Source: Schmidtea polychroa | Lineage: Eukaryota | Length of the DNA stretch: 64,000 nt | Assembly (NCBI GenBank): GCA_044892525.1 | Contig: CM097886.1 | Coordinates: 6,014,001-6,078,000 of the forward strand | Direction: 5' to 3' | Shown here: piece after piece, positions 39,054 through 49,500 of the stretch | How positions within the stretch are numbered: position 1 is the first letter of the stretch | How the letters are laid out: the number at the start of each line of letters is the position of its first letter | Made by a program: the position numbers and the translations under genes | The notes under the pieces: model-generated | The model's database searches: none | What the model was told of the DNA's origin: nothing | The model's input: only the letters and a program-made list of their open reading frames with translations

Positions 39054-39509
39054 TCAATAAGATAATGCCATCATTGAACAACCTAATGGTCGCATCTCAG
39101 TTGATTGCGTAGAAAGCTGCTTAATATCCGCGATAGACCGACATATTATGTCGCAAGGCATTTCATATCCATGTTTATATCTACATCGAGCTGCTTCCAT
39201 TTGTGCACGACATACTTGAGATCGATAATCAGGGATCATACCAGTCATAACACCTCCAGTACTTTCAGTAATATTAAACAATCTTGTAGCTGAACTCTTC
39301 TCAATCATTTTATCTGGAACCTTTCTTTGTGTAGCTACTACATCACAATTATTGCATCGAATACCAACGGACATCCATCCACCAAATAAATTTAATATTA
39401 GTTGGCCAAAAACACCATTAACATTATCAGATTCATAAATTTCTTCATTAAAAGCAGCCATCATTAACAACTCTTTCCTTAAATCGAAACATAACTCATT
39501 CCAATACAA
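39054..39509 (-). CDS. PSMA6: Proteasome alpha subunit (PSMA6/alpha1-like) fragment ORF within the 3' LTR
   Basis: Residues 43-151 (39057-39383) align gap-free with recalled human PSMA6 ([42 protein letters not shown]), about 60/109 identical. Expression unproven. Confidence 0.85.
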   Translation of the reverse strand: MYWNELCFDLRKELLMMAAFNEEIYESDNVNGVFGQLILNLFGGWMSVGIRCNNCDVVATQRKVPDKMIEKSSATRLFNITESTGGVMTGMIPDYRSQVCRAQMEAARCRYKHGYEMPCDIICRSIADIKQLSTQSTEMRPLGCSMMALSY

Positions 39510-39898
39510 TCGATCGATAAAAATCTAAATCTAAAAATCAAATTACAACAAAACTAATTAATAAAATTGACATACCTATTGCTCGCGTCTGTGTGCGCAC
39601 ACAGCCAAAAACAAAGAAAAGAAAAGCGCACACAGACGCGAGATCAACTAACAACCCAAACACAAAAATGACATTGCTCGCGTCTGTGTGCGCACACAAA
39701 CCCATCACACAATACAACACGCACACAGACGCGCATTGAGCTCATAATTCACCATCCTCCCCCCCTTGACACCTTAGTGTCAATCTCAAATCCCCATCAG
39801 CTTCTCCTTCTTCTTTTATACTCAAACATAATTTGAAGATACATTCCAGTGTCAGTTTATCCCTTCTCCCCTCCATTTTCTGCATTTCCCTCGCCATT

Positions 39899-42799
39899 TT
39901 ATCCCTTTCCCCCTTCATTTCCTGCATTATGGCTCAATCTCCAATAACCCTCACACACCCATCTTTGTATTATATAAGCCGCTGCACCACGCACCTTTTT
40001 TGAAAGATCATTGTGGATTCTCCACCCACCATCGCTATAATCGGCCAAGCAGCTGTTCCTGTTCAGTTTGTTTAGGTGTAATCTCTCCATTATTATTTCT
40101 CCATTTTTCGCCAATTCCATATTCCACACTTTTCCCTGTTGCCTTTCATTTAGTGACCAGTTTTCACTTAATGTTTTTATATGCATCCTACAAAGTCGTT
40201 CTTTGATTGCTTCGTGTTTCGATTCCCCAATCGACACCTCGTCTTTCATGTGCATCTTTAGAGGCGTGCAAGCGAGTTCCAGTGATCCTTGTTGTTTGAA
40301 ACTGTTCGATGATTCGTTCAATTTTTCCAAAACTTCTTTGGCCCCTTGATCATTATCACGTACAGTTTCCCATGATTTTCCATATACCATACTGGTCTCT
40401 TTGTTTTGCCTCTCCCCTCTGGAGTCTTCTGCCCCTTTTACATTATCACGTTCTTCTTTTAATCGATTAACTTCCCCTTCGTCGACCTGCATATCATTAA
40501 CCGCCGCCTCGGGCGTTAAATCCTCTGATTCTGGTTTGTCTTTTTCCCAATTACTCATCACTTCCGTTGTCTTCGGTTCCACAATTTTATCGTCGGATAA
40601 TTTTATGATCTCACCAGCCCGGCAAGCCTCATCTTGCTTTTCCCCTGTATTCATTTTTCCTTGAACATTTTGTCTGATTGTCATAACGTTAACTAATTCG
40701 TTAGTTCTTCCAGAATTGAATATTTGCTCATCTAAATGACTCTGAGCTCCTTGCTCTTCATTAGATGCCTTACTCCTGTCGAGTGGCGTGTCCTCAATTC
40801 CTCGAGATGCCCGTAACTCGTCATTGAACATTTCAGTTACCGCAAAATAACTCTGAACCGTCCTCATTGATGCGTTTTCATTTAATAATTCGTTGTGTCT
40901 TTGCTTACATCCGGTAACCTTGCAGAAAGATTCTTTACGACATTCCTTGGCCATGTGATTTCTTTTGAAGCAATTCCTGCACAGTTTCTTTTCTTCGATG
41001 ACTCTCTTCCTTTCTGAAATTGTGAGTTGCTTAAACTTGTCACATTGGTCTAGGTAATGTTGAACACCACATTGTACACATCCTGATCTATAGCCGTTAG
41101 AGTTATTCACCTGTATAACCGTCCCACTTTTAACTCTGCCATCTGGTTGCCCCGTAAAATGCGTCCAACCTCCTGGATTGAAGCTTTCTCTTTCTCTAGA
41201 CACACCTTCTACTCTTGACACATCATAAGCCCTGGTGCATGGTTGAGTCCCATACACGACCTCGTTAGTGGACCTTAGGATCTCCGCTTCTTGTTGTATC
41301 CATCTTCTCAAATCCTCTATCGTCTCCCGCAATTCCTTTTCTATTTTCTCTTTCTTCCATTTATACACAAGATCCGTTGTCAACTTGCCCAAACACTTTT
41401 GAAAAAGATATCCAAGCTTTAACTCGGATTCTTTTCCAGTGGATTTAAATCGCACGGTGACTGTTTCTAATAATCCAACAAATAAGTCTAGATCCTTCAA
41501 ATCTCCTTCTCGAATTGGCCTGAACTGTTCCATCTCCTCTAACATTGATAAATATATCCTTTCATCCCCGCCATATCGCCTATCCAACTTCTCTTTTGCC
41601 ATTTGATAGGCCTCTGCCGAATATCCTAGATTTTCAATTAACTTTAATGGCTCTCCGTGAAGGTACTTGTGCAGGTGAAACATCTTTTCAACCTCATCAC
41701 CTTCCGCTTCGTCAACACACGCCGTTAAAGCTGCTTTCCATGGTTCGTACTCTTTCATCTTGCCTTCAAAGACAGGTATTGTAATTTTCTGTAGACTTTC
41801 CAGTTTTCTTTTATGCACGGAATTATTCTTCTTGATTGTATCATCATTCACCTTTTCCTTCTTTTCCATAAAAGATTGATTTGCCTTTCTTTCCATCAAT
41901 GCCCCAATTATTTGATGTTTTCCCTCGATCTCTTGCAGGTCTTTATCTAAAATTGCAGTGATGTCCAATCTTTGCAATTTGTTACTGATCGTTCTTAGAT
42001 CTATTAATTCTTCATCTAGACTCTCCTTTTGATCTTCATATTCCTCCAACCATTTGCTAACATCCTTACCCTTTATATCATTCAGAATCTTGTTTCTCAA
42101 TCTCGTTGATCTTCCTTTTTTCATTCTCTTTTTCCACAATTCTTCTTCTAAAATCTCTCCGTCATTGCCACAGCACAGCCTGAGTGACAAATGAAGTGTC
42201 GAACCTACTTGTAAGCTATAATCATTCAATCTTCTTTTATTTTCTAACTGCTTTCCTGCGTATACTAACATTTGACAATTTTCCGGAATTCCTTCTTTGT
42301 CCTGGATTTTTCCTTTTACCTTTTCAATTGTGCCGTTCCATTCAACGTTAAGAGTAATTGTCTTACCAGTAAGAGTTTTGACAAATATTTGATATATACT
42401 TCCCCATCGCAACTCAAAACCCATTACCCCGCTCGCCCTCACCCTTGACTTAGCTCTGTTCTTTACCCTGTTCCCCTGGCTTCCCCCTTTAAAAGAGTGC
42501 TGGGGCCCATAGCAGCACTTTCCCACGCTCGGTAGGGAAGGGAGGATGATTAATTTTACAAAAATAAAATTCAAATAAATGAAAATAAAATTTACATTAC
42601 CCTTGATGATTAATTTTACAAAAATAAAATTCAAATAAATGAAAATAAAATTTACATCACCCTTGATCAGCCGGGGCTGTCTCCACTGAAACATTGGTGC
42701 GTAGCCCCCTGAAGGGAACCACGCTCTGCTACCATGTTCATGTTTAAATTCAAGATCACGAATAATAATTTTATTTTTGAATAATAACAATTTGTCCAT
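39899..42799 (-). CDS. Ubiquitin-like domain fused to BEL/Pao Gag (966-aa ORF; alternative start 42424)
   Basis: Ub at 42167-42394 (52/76 identical to ubiquitin, ends LRLCCG); DUF1759-type Gag ([34 protein letters not shown]); three Cys/His knuckles [37 protein letters not shown]. No protease, RT or integrase motifs. Confidence 0.92.
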   Translation of the reverse strand: MDKLLLFKNKIIIRDLEFKHEHGSRAWFPSGGYAPMFQWRQPRLIKGDVNFIFIYLNFIFVKLIIKGNVNFIFIYLNFIFVKLIILPSLPSVGKCCYGPQHSFKGGSQGNRVKNRAKSRVRASGVMGFELRWGSIYQIFVKTLTGKTITLNVEWNGTIEKVKGKIQDKEGIPENCQMLVYAGKQLENKRRLNDYSLQVGSTLHLSLRLCCGNDGEILEEELWKKRMKKGRSTRLRNKILNDIKGKDVSKWLEEYEDQKESLDEELIDLRTISNKLQRLDITAILDKDLQEIEGKHQIIGALMERKANQSFMEKKEKVNDDTIKKNNSVHKRKLESLQKITIPVFEGKMKEYEPWKAALTACVDEAEGDEVEKMFHLHKYLHGEPLKLIENLGYSAEAYQMAKEKLDRRYGGDERIYLSMLEEMEQFRPIREGDLKDLDLFVGLLETVTVRFKSTGKESELKLGYLFQKCLGKLTTDLVYKWKKEKIEKELRETIEDLRRWIQQEAEILRSTNEVVYGTQPCTRAYDVSRVEGVSRERESFNPGGWTHFTGQPDGRVKSGTVIQVNNSNGYRSGCVQCGVQHYLDQCDKFKQLTISERKRVIEEKKLCRNCFKRNHMAKECRKESFCKVTGCKQRHNELLNENASMRTVQSYFAVTEMFNDELRASRGIEDTPLDRSKASNEEQGAQSHLDEQIFNSGRTNELVNVMTIRQNVQGKMNTGEKQDEACRAGEIIKLSDDKIVEPKTTEVMSNWEKDKPESEDLTPEAAVNDMQVDEGEVNRLKEERDNVKGAEDSRGERQNKETSMVYGKSWETVRDNDQGAKEVLEKLNESSNSFKQQGSLELACTPLKMHMKDEVSIGESKHEAIKERLCRMHIKTLSENWSLNERQQGKVWNMELAKNGEIIMERLHLNKLNRNSCLADYSDGGWRIHNDLSKKVRGAAAYIIQRWVCEGYWRLSHNAGNEGGKG
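42546..42668. repeat. 60-bp tandem duplication in the element leader
   Basis: Two near-identical 60-bp units encoding IKG(D/N)[16 protein letters not shown] in frame. Confidence 0.9.
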
Positions 42800-42806
42800 G
42801 TCAATA

Positions 42807-43262
42807 TCAATAAGATAATGCCATCATTGAACAACCTAATGGTCGCATCTCAGTTGATTGCGTAGAAAGCTGCTTAATATCCGCGATAGACCGACATATT
42901 ATGTCGCAAGGCATTTCATATCCATGTTTATATCTACATCGAGCTGCTTCCATTTGTGCACGACATACTTGAGATCGATAATCAGGGATCATACCAGTCA
43001 TAACACCTCCAGTACTTTCAGTAATATTAAACAATCTTGTAGCTGAACTCTTCTCAATCATTTTATCTGGAACCTTTCTTTGTGTAGCTACTACATCACA
43101 ATTATTGCATCGAATACCAACGGACATCCATCCACCAAATAAATTTAATATTAGTTGGCCAAAAACACCATTAACATTATCAGATTCATAAATTTCTTCA
43201 TTAAAAGCAGCCATCATTAACAACTCTTTCCTTAAATCGAAACATAACTCATTCCAATACAA
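42807..43262 (-). CDS. PSMA6: Proteasome alpha subunit (PSMA6-like) fragment ORF within the 5' LTR
   Basis: 151-aa translation identical to 39054-39509. Confidence 0.85.
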   Translation of the reverse strand: MYWNELCFDLRKELLMMAAFNEEIYESDNVNGVFGQLILNLFGGWMSVGIRCNNCDVVATQRKVPDKMIEKSSATRLFNITESTGGVMTGMIPDYRSQVCRAQMEAARCRYKHGYEMPCDIICRSIADIKQLSTQSTEMRPLGCSMMALSY

Positions 43263-43625
43263 TCGATCGATAAAAATCTAAATCTAAAAATCAAATTACA
43301 ACAAAACTAATTAATAAAATTGACATACCTATTGCTCGCGTCTGTGTGCGCACACAACCAAAAACAAAGAAAAGAAAAGCGCACACAGACGCGAGATCAA
43401 CTAACAACCCAACACAAAAATGACATTGCTCGCGTCTGTGTGCGCACACAAACCCATCACACAATACAACGCGCACACAGACGCGCATTGAGCTCATAAT
43501 TCACCAATGACAAAGATGAGACATCGAAAATGAATTGAACAGCCCAGCAAAACAACTAACACCAAAGCTCTGTCGTATTTATTTCTGTGTTTAAGTTGTT
43601 AACCTGAAATTTTCTATCCCACTCT

Positions 43626-43943
43626 AATTATTTTTCGGTTTCCGATTTTATTTCTTTTGGTCTGAAATAAGAATTCTCTATTGTTGCCATAGTTGCTAAT
43701 TTGTTTGACTAAACTAATTTAAATGCTTGTCTGAATAAATAAAGAACATTTCCATCGAGATCAAATGATCACACAATTCAATTATTTTTCGGTTTCCGAT
43801 TTCATTTCTTTTGGACTGGAATAAGAATTCTCTATTGTTGCCATAGTTGCTAATTTGTTTGACTAAACTTATTTAAAAGCTTGTCTGAATAAATAAAGAA
43901 CATTTCCATCGAGATCAAATGATCACACAATTCAATTATTTTT
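43626..43943. repeat. 154-bp tandem duplication
   Basis: Units start at 43626 and 43780 and differ by a few substitutions. Confidence 0.9.
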
Positions 43944-44069
43944 TAGTCGATAATAGTTCTATGACCTAATTATAGAAAAATTCAATTAAGTCAAAATTTT
44001 AGTTAACAGCAAAATGAATAAAAAACAATATAAAAGTAAGATACAAATAATTAAATTGGGAATTTCAAT

Positions 44070-44880
44070 GTACAGTATTTTCATTATTAAATTAGAGCTG
44101 GAAAATAGCAACGACATGATTCAAGTTAATTTCAAGGATACTTATTTGAATAATACATTAAAGTTAATGGCGGATATATTGGATGAGGCTTCATTTGTGT
44201 CTGAATCCAATACTGCCCTCCTTATCAAATAGACCGTAACTGACAAAACTACAAAAATCGAGTTAGAGGCGTCAACTGTATGCAGTTGCAATTAACCTTC
44301 ATTCTGCTAAGCGATAAGACCGTATCTAGTCCGAGGCCTTAGAAATTTGATTACTTACATCGACCGTATCTGCTCATGGCGGTGGTATGCTTAACGTTTT
44401 GCTATTTATCTCCTAAGTGTATTTTTGCCTTACGGTCTATTTGATAAGGAGGGCAGAATAAGCCAGCAAAGATTTATCTTCATAGATGATGATGTTTTTA
44501 TCAATTTGAAAAACCTTTATCATTTGTCATCGGATTTCTTTGATAGATCGGAATCTCAATGCCATACCTTACAGATTGAATTGGAGCAGATGGTATGTGT
44601 CGAAAGATCAAAATTTCAATGATGTTTATCCACTGTACGTTTCCGGTTCAACAATAATTGTCAATGAAAAACTTTAACAAAAATCAGTCACGCTATTCCG
44701 TTTGTGAAATATTTCCCATTTGATGATGTTTATTTGGGTTTCGTTTCTGAATCGACCAACATCGAGGTATTCAATGATGCACGCATATTATCAGATTATA
44801 AATGTGGACTACTTTGCTATAAAGATGTAGACAAGAGTATTGCTGTTCATGTACCAAATTATTTATCTAAACTTGAATAT
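44070..44880 (+). pseudogene. GT31-family beta-1,3-glycosyltransferase pseudogene fragments (cargo)
   Basis: ENSNDMIQVNFKDTYLNNTLKLM, FIFIDDDVFINLKNL (DxD), SRWYVS..VYPLYVSGS and FPFDDVYLG are ordered Galactosyl_T motifs; frameshifts and an interrupting segment. Confidence 0.8.
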
Positions 44881-45254
44881 TTTTATCTTAAAAATGCCAA
44901 AGGACAACTTTTCTATTCTCTTTATTTTAATTTTGTATTGATAAATTCTGTAATGAAAATAATCAATTTTATCTATATTATTTCTCATTCAATGCCTCCC
45001 GCCCAAATCGAACCCCGCCTAAGCAAATGGTTCAGAATCCACCGTCCACAAATGTCGCAATCAATGGGAATTCTCTTGCATCCACTTCAAATTCGACACA
45101 AAGTGAGACTAACAAAAACGTGTGTTTTAATACTTCTTGTTTATAGATAAAACTCAATTCACAGATGGCCCCACCAGCGACCAATAGATCCCGAACCGCC
45201 CAACAGCAATCCCCAAGTGGCTTTCCCTTTTTTTTTGAAGAGACATGCGTTATT

Positions 45255-46553
45255 TTACTTTATGTATGTTTGAATGAATGTTTGTGAGTAACAAGAATAC
45301 TGAATACAAGAATAGTTTTTTTTTATCTCCCCATCAGACCCAATTTTATTTCCACAATTTGGATATATTACAGTAACATAGACAGACGATGGAAGAAATC
45401 TTGAGTCAGTAACTGTATAATAGTATATTAATTTTTTATAAATGCTCCAGATTAGTTTCAATATAACACAAATAATACCTAAATTTATAAATGTAAAATC
45501 ATTATTCAACTCACATTTTTTGAGCATATTGTATTTCTCTTTATTGTTTATATTTTGCATCAAATTATTATTGAATTTTGGTAAATTCAAATGAGATATG
45601 TTTTCTATAACCAACACCTTTTCATAAGAGATTTCATTAGTCTGAACTATCGATAAATTTGCAATAAATGTTTCGACCTTCGATATTTCTGATAGTAATT
45701 GGGTATGATCATCAGATATAGATTCATCTTCTTTCACACAACTCCCTAAGTAACCTTTATACAGCTGACATTTATCTTCAATATTCAAAATTTTTTGATC
45801 AACTTTTTCCGAAATGATATCACTTATTCTGTGATCTTTAGATTCATAATTACATGAGGAAGGATTTATTTCAATATCATATATATCATTAAAAGTATTT
45901 AAGTGGCTATAATTAACATTCGGATGATACGGAAAATCACTACTTCTCACTTTATGTTTGAAGCCTTGGACATTATAATCTTTAAGCTTATTACAATCAG
46001 CCATCATTCGTTCAACACTTGAAAGTTTCCTTATTAAATCAAACACATCATCATATTGTACCATAGCAGCCATTGATTTCAAATCATTGTTGATACCTTT
46101 CAGAAATATATCGATAATAATATTCTGAATATTAATGTCATCATTAACAGAGTTTATTGAGAATGCCTTCCTCGCCAATGAAATCACATTGTACCCAAAT
46201 TCAATAATGGATTCATCTGATCCTTGTATTCTTTAATAAAATGTTTTCTTCATCATCCTTTTAATATCAGGGCATATAAATTTACTTTCCAACGTATCTT
46301 TTAATTTATTCCAGTCATTTTCAACTATTTTCTTATTTATTTGCTTCCAGACTTCTTTGGCTGTTCCTTTCAAATATAACGGAAATCTTTGCACCATTAT
46401 CTCTTCTGACCATCCATATGCTGACGCATACATATAGTAATCGTCCATAAAATCAGCGAACTCAACAGGGTCTCCTCCATATTGGTTGACTGGTAATTTT
46501 TGGCAACTAGCCATTTGGGTTTGTTTCTGACTTCTGAGGTTATATCGATTCAC
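45255..46553 (-). pseudogene. gag: Ty3/gypsy-type gag of the large element, one in-frame stop at 46233-46235
   Basis: QYGGDPVEFADFMDDY..YGWSEE..FPLYLKGTAKEVW..W..LK..LESKF then *RIQGSDESIIEF in the same frame (retrotransposon gag motifs). Confidence 0.85.
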
Positions 46554-49500
46554 TTTGGGCTAAAATTCAAACGGTAAATAATAATTTAAATTTACTTTTC
46601 CTAAATCAAATTCTTTAATCAATTCAATCTTCTAATAATGACCTTCAATATTTATCTCGTCAATACTATTCTCCAATACATTTTTTTAACTACTTCCAAT
46701 TATTCTCCACCGACTGAGATCACGCCTGTACTCTTTTTCCAAATATTTTTGCAATAATTTTCTGCAGACTTTCTATCGCGTCGGTATTATTTTCCAAAAA
46801 AAATTTTCCACTACTTTCGATAATTTTCCTCCGACTTTCAATCACGTCGGTACTAATTTTTTAATAATTTCTTTTTCAATAGCTTTCAATAATTTTCCTC
46901 CGACTTTGTATCACGTCGGGCTCACCAGAATATATGTTGGGTTTTAGATTACTTTAAGTCGGTTCCCTCTGACTCCTAGTGTTCTTTAAATCAAAACAAT
47001 GAACGACCCAACGTATATTGAAACAATAGGTTCACAATTTATTATCACCACTTTACAATCACTAATCAAAGTTCCGTTTGTACGATTCTCCGCTCGGCGT
47101 TGATGCTTTGCAAATAGATAATATTCACCTTTTATTCCTTTAGATTCTCTTGACCCACGTTTTCCTCGGTTTCTGTTTGATTTGATTTCTTGTTCACCTT
47201 TCCGTATTCCTAATTCTATTTCTTCTTTTCCCTACTTTCCCTAATTCGTTTTCGCCTTTTCCTAAGCTCTGTTTCTTCCAACCTTAGCTGAGGCAAAATG
47301 CCGATTTTCTCTGATTTTCCTTTTCCTTATATACTCCTCGAAATCAGGATGACAAATGGTTATTGCCGAGCCAATCTTTCATTTGACATTTGCTCCCACG
47401 TATCTGCTTCGGCTGTCACCCATAATGGTCCAACGAATCCAGATAATTAATGGCCCTTCCGGTCTTCCTACGCGCGCTATCTTCTCCTTGCTCTTTTCCC
47501 ATTAATCATTGTGTCAAGCTAATGGGCCCAAATCTTCCTTCTGTTTGCTTTTCTTCTTGTTTACCCAGCTCGGGTTTCCTTTATCTCTCGGGTTCTCCAT
47601 TGGCTCGGGTTTTCCATTAGCCAATTAATTAATTAATTAACGTTTTCTGTTTTCATACATTTGAATGTTTTTCGACCCTTCCTAACCATTTTCTGATAAA
47701 TCCCTAATCATCATCTTGTTGACCATTAGCTAATCTATACCTGTCCCGTTTTCCTCATTCGATTTCGATGATTTTATAATTAATTGATTTTTCTCGGATT
47801 TCCGGATTCTTGCCTTTCGTAATTGCTTTTGGCATTTTCTAATATTGCTTCCATCATACTTTCCTTTACTATCAATTCTGTGCATGATCACGCTTTTATT
47901 TGTCTTTTTTCTTCGCTTACTTTCTATTTGAATTATTAGCCTATATTTCATTTAAATTTTATTTTAATTTACGGACCTCAACAAATTTAAAGAGTTATTA
48001 TTATTAATATTATTTACATTAGATTTTGGTATATTGCTATAATTATTAATATTAGAATTTGATTTAAAATTGTTATAAAAATTGTTATCCATTGCACTGT
48101 GCTGACCAGTGTCAAGGATTTGTTTATTATTAAAATATGATTTATAATTATAAAAATTCTGAGCATAATTACCGTTATTTCCATTTTTATAGAATATCCT
48201 TCTTGCAGGGCAGTAGATTCTCCAGTTGTCATGAGATTGTGGTTTATTATTAATCGGAGCATTTCTTGGTTTGGGATCATGATTCTTATTTCGGTCATTG
48301 GGAGTCATTCTCCCAATACCCTCAGCAGTAGTAATACTATGGGATTGCATATTTGAGGCTGTTCGAGTATGAAGTGGGTTGAGGCTGTTCGTGGTCATTC
48401 CTTTCCTAGCATAGTAAAACTGAAAAAATCCAGATCTGCTTGGACTACACTTGGATCTGGCAGAAATCTAAATTACTACCTGAACTAAACTCATCAGACA
48501 GAGGTTGGAACTGCTCATACAAGAAAGCCTCTCCTAATCAAAGAACTAACCTTCGAATGAATGTCCGGTGCATCTATTTGAGCCATGGCTGATCATGTTA
48601 TGCTTAGCCATGTTTATCCTATATTGTGCTCAGCGATGCTTACCGGAGAAACTCTGAAAACCACGTACCATTGCGGGAGTTTTTAACTCTAGCAATAGAA
48701 AACAGTATTTAGTAAAAAACATGAAAAATTAAGTGGCGAGAAGTTCTCCCCTTCGGCCTTATGGCCAGTGCGAATTTAGTAAAATACAATTTGATTTTTT
48801 TTTATTATATGAATAAATAAAAGAATCAGATTTATTTGAGTCAGGAGGTTTCGTAAGATCTTCTTGGATATCTTCGCGATTTTTCTCAAATAAATGTTTT
48901 GTTTGGTCATTTTCTCTCACCAAAAAAAATCAAATTTTATTTTATGATATCAAACTGGCTTCTTGCCGAAGGGGAGATTAATTCTCACCCTTACGTAATC
49001 TGCAGCTTTTATGTAAGATATCTTCGGATGCTAGAGTTAAAAACTCCCGCATCAAACGGGTTTTCTCCGGAACGCTTCAATCAGGCTGGGTATCGGATAA
49101 TCATGGTAGGCCATGGCCATCATGCAACTCCGGACATTGGCTCATTCATTTATTGGAATGATTGAGGGGCACTATCCATTCATTCGGTTTATTCGGGTTA
49201 TCCTTAGGTTAGATCTAAAACGGTGATAAGTGTATTGGAGTAGGAAGACTCCATTTGTGATCTTTATAGCGCTTATAAGTTAATACTTATTATAGTTAAA
49301 ATAAGAAAGGGTAGTTAAGGATTGATAGTGTTATAATAAAGATATAAACGATTAAAAAGTATTGTCAATAGGCGGAATCCATACAAGGAAATCCTACATT
49401 TACCTATTGATAATAGAAGCGAAACATTGTTTAAAAGGGTTTCTTTCTTTTCTTTTTATGGTTATTAGATTTTTTGGTAATGGGTTTCTTTTTGTGGTCA

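Larger units (their letters stand above)
38982..43506 (-). mobile_element. BEL/Pao-derived non-autonomous LTR element (4525 bp) with a ubiquitin-Gag ORF and PSMA6-bearing LTRs
   Basis: LTRs 38982-39754 and 42735-43506 (TG..CA on minus, 3 differences seen), 5-bp TSD ATGAC, 18-nt initiator-Met PBS 42717-42734, PPT 39755-39767. Confidence 0.95.
36280..47983 (-). mobile_element. Large non-autonomous LTR element (11704 bp; 7174 bp without the nested insert) with gag and host-gene cargo, no pol
   Basis: Direct LTRs 36280-37325 and 46935-47983; TSD AATT (36276-36279, 47984-47987); tRNA-Trp-type PBS 46910-46927 next to the right LTR; PPT 37328-37337 next to the left LTR. Confidence 0.88.

Noticed and set aside
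47964-48398. Asn-rich 144-aa ORF as a host gene
   Set aside because: Low complexity, no motif or splice support, and it ends inside an LTR; left unassigned.
48440-48510. CTGATGAG on the minus strand as a hammerhead core
   Set aside because: No GAAA partner at a suitable distance.
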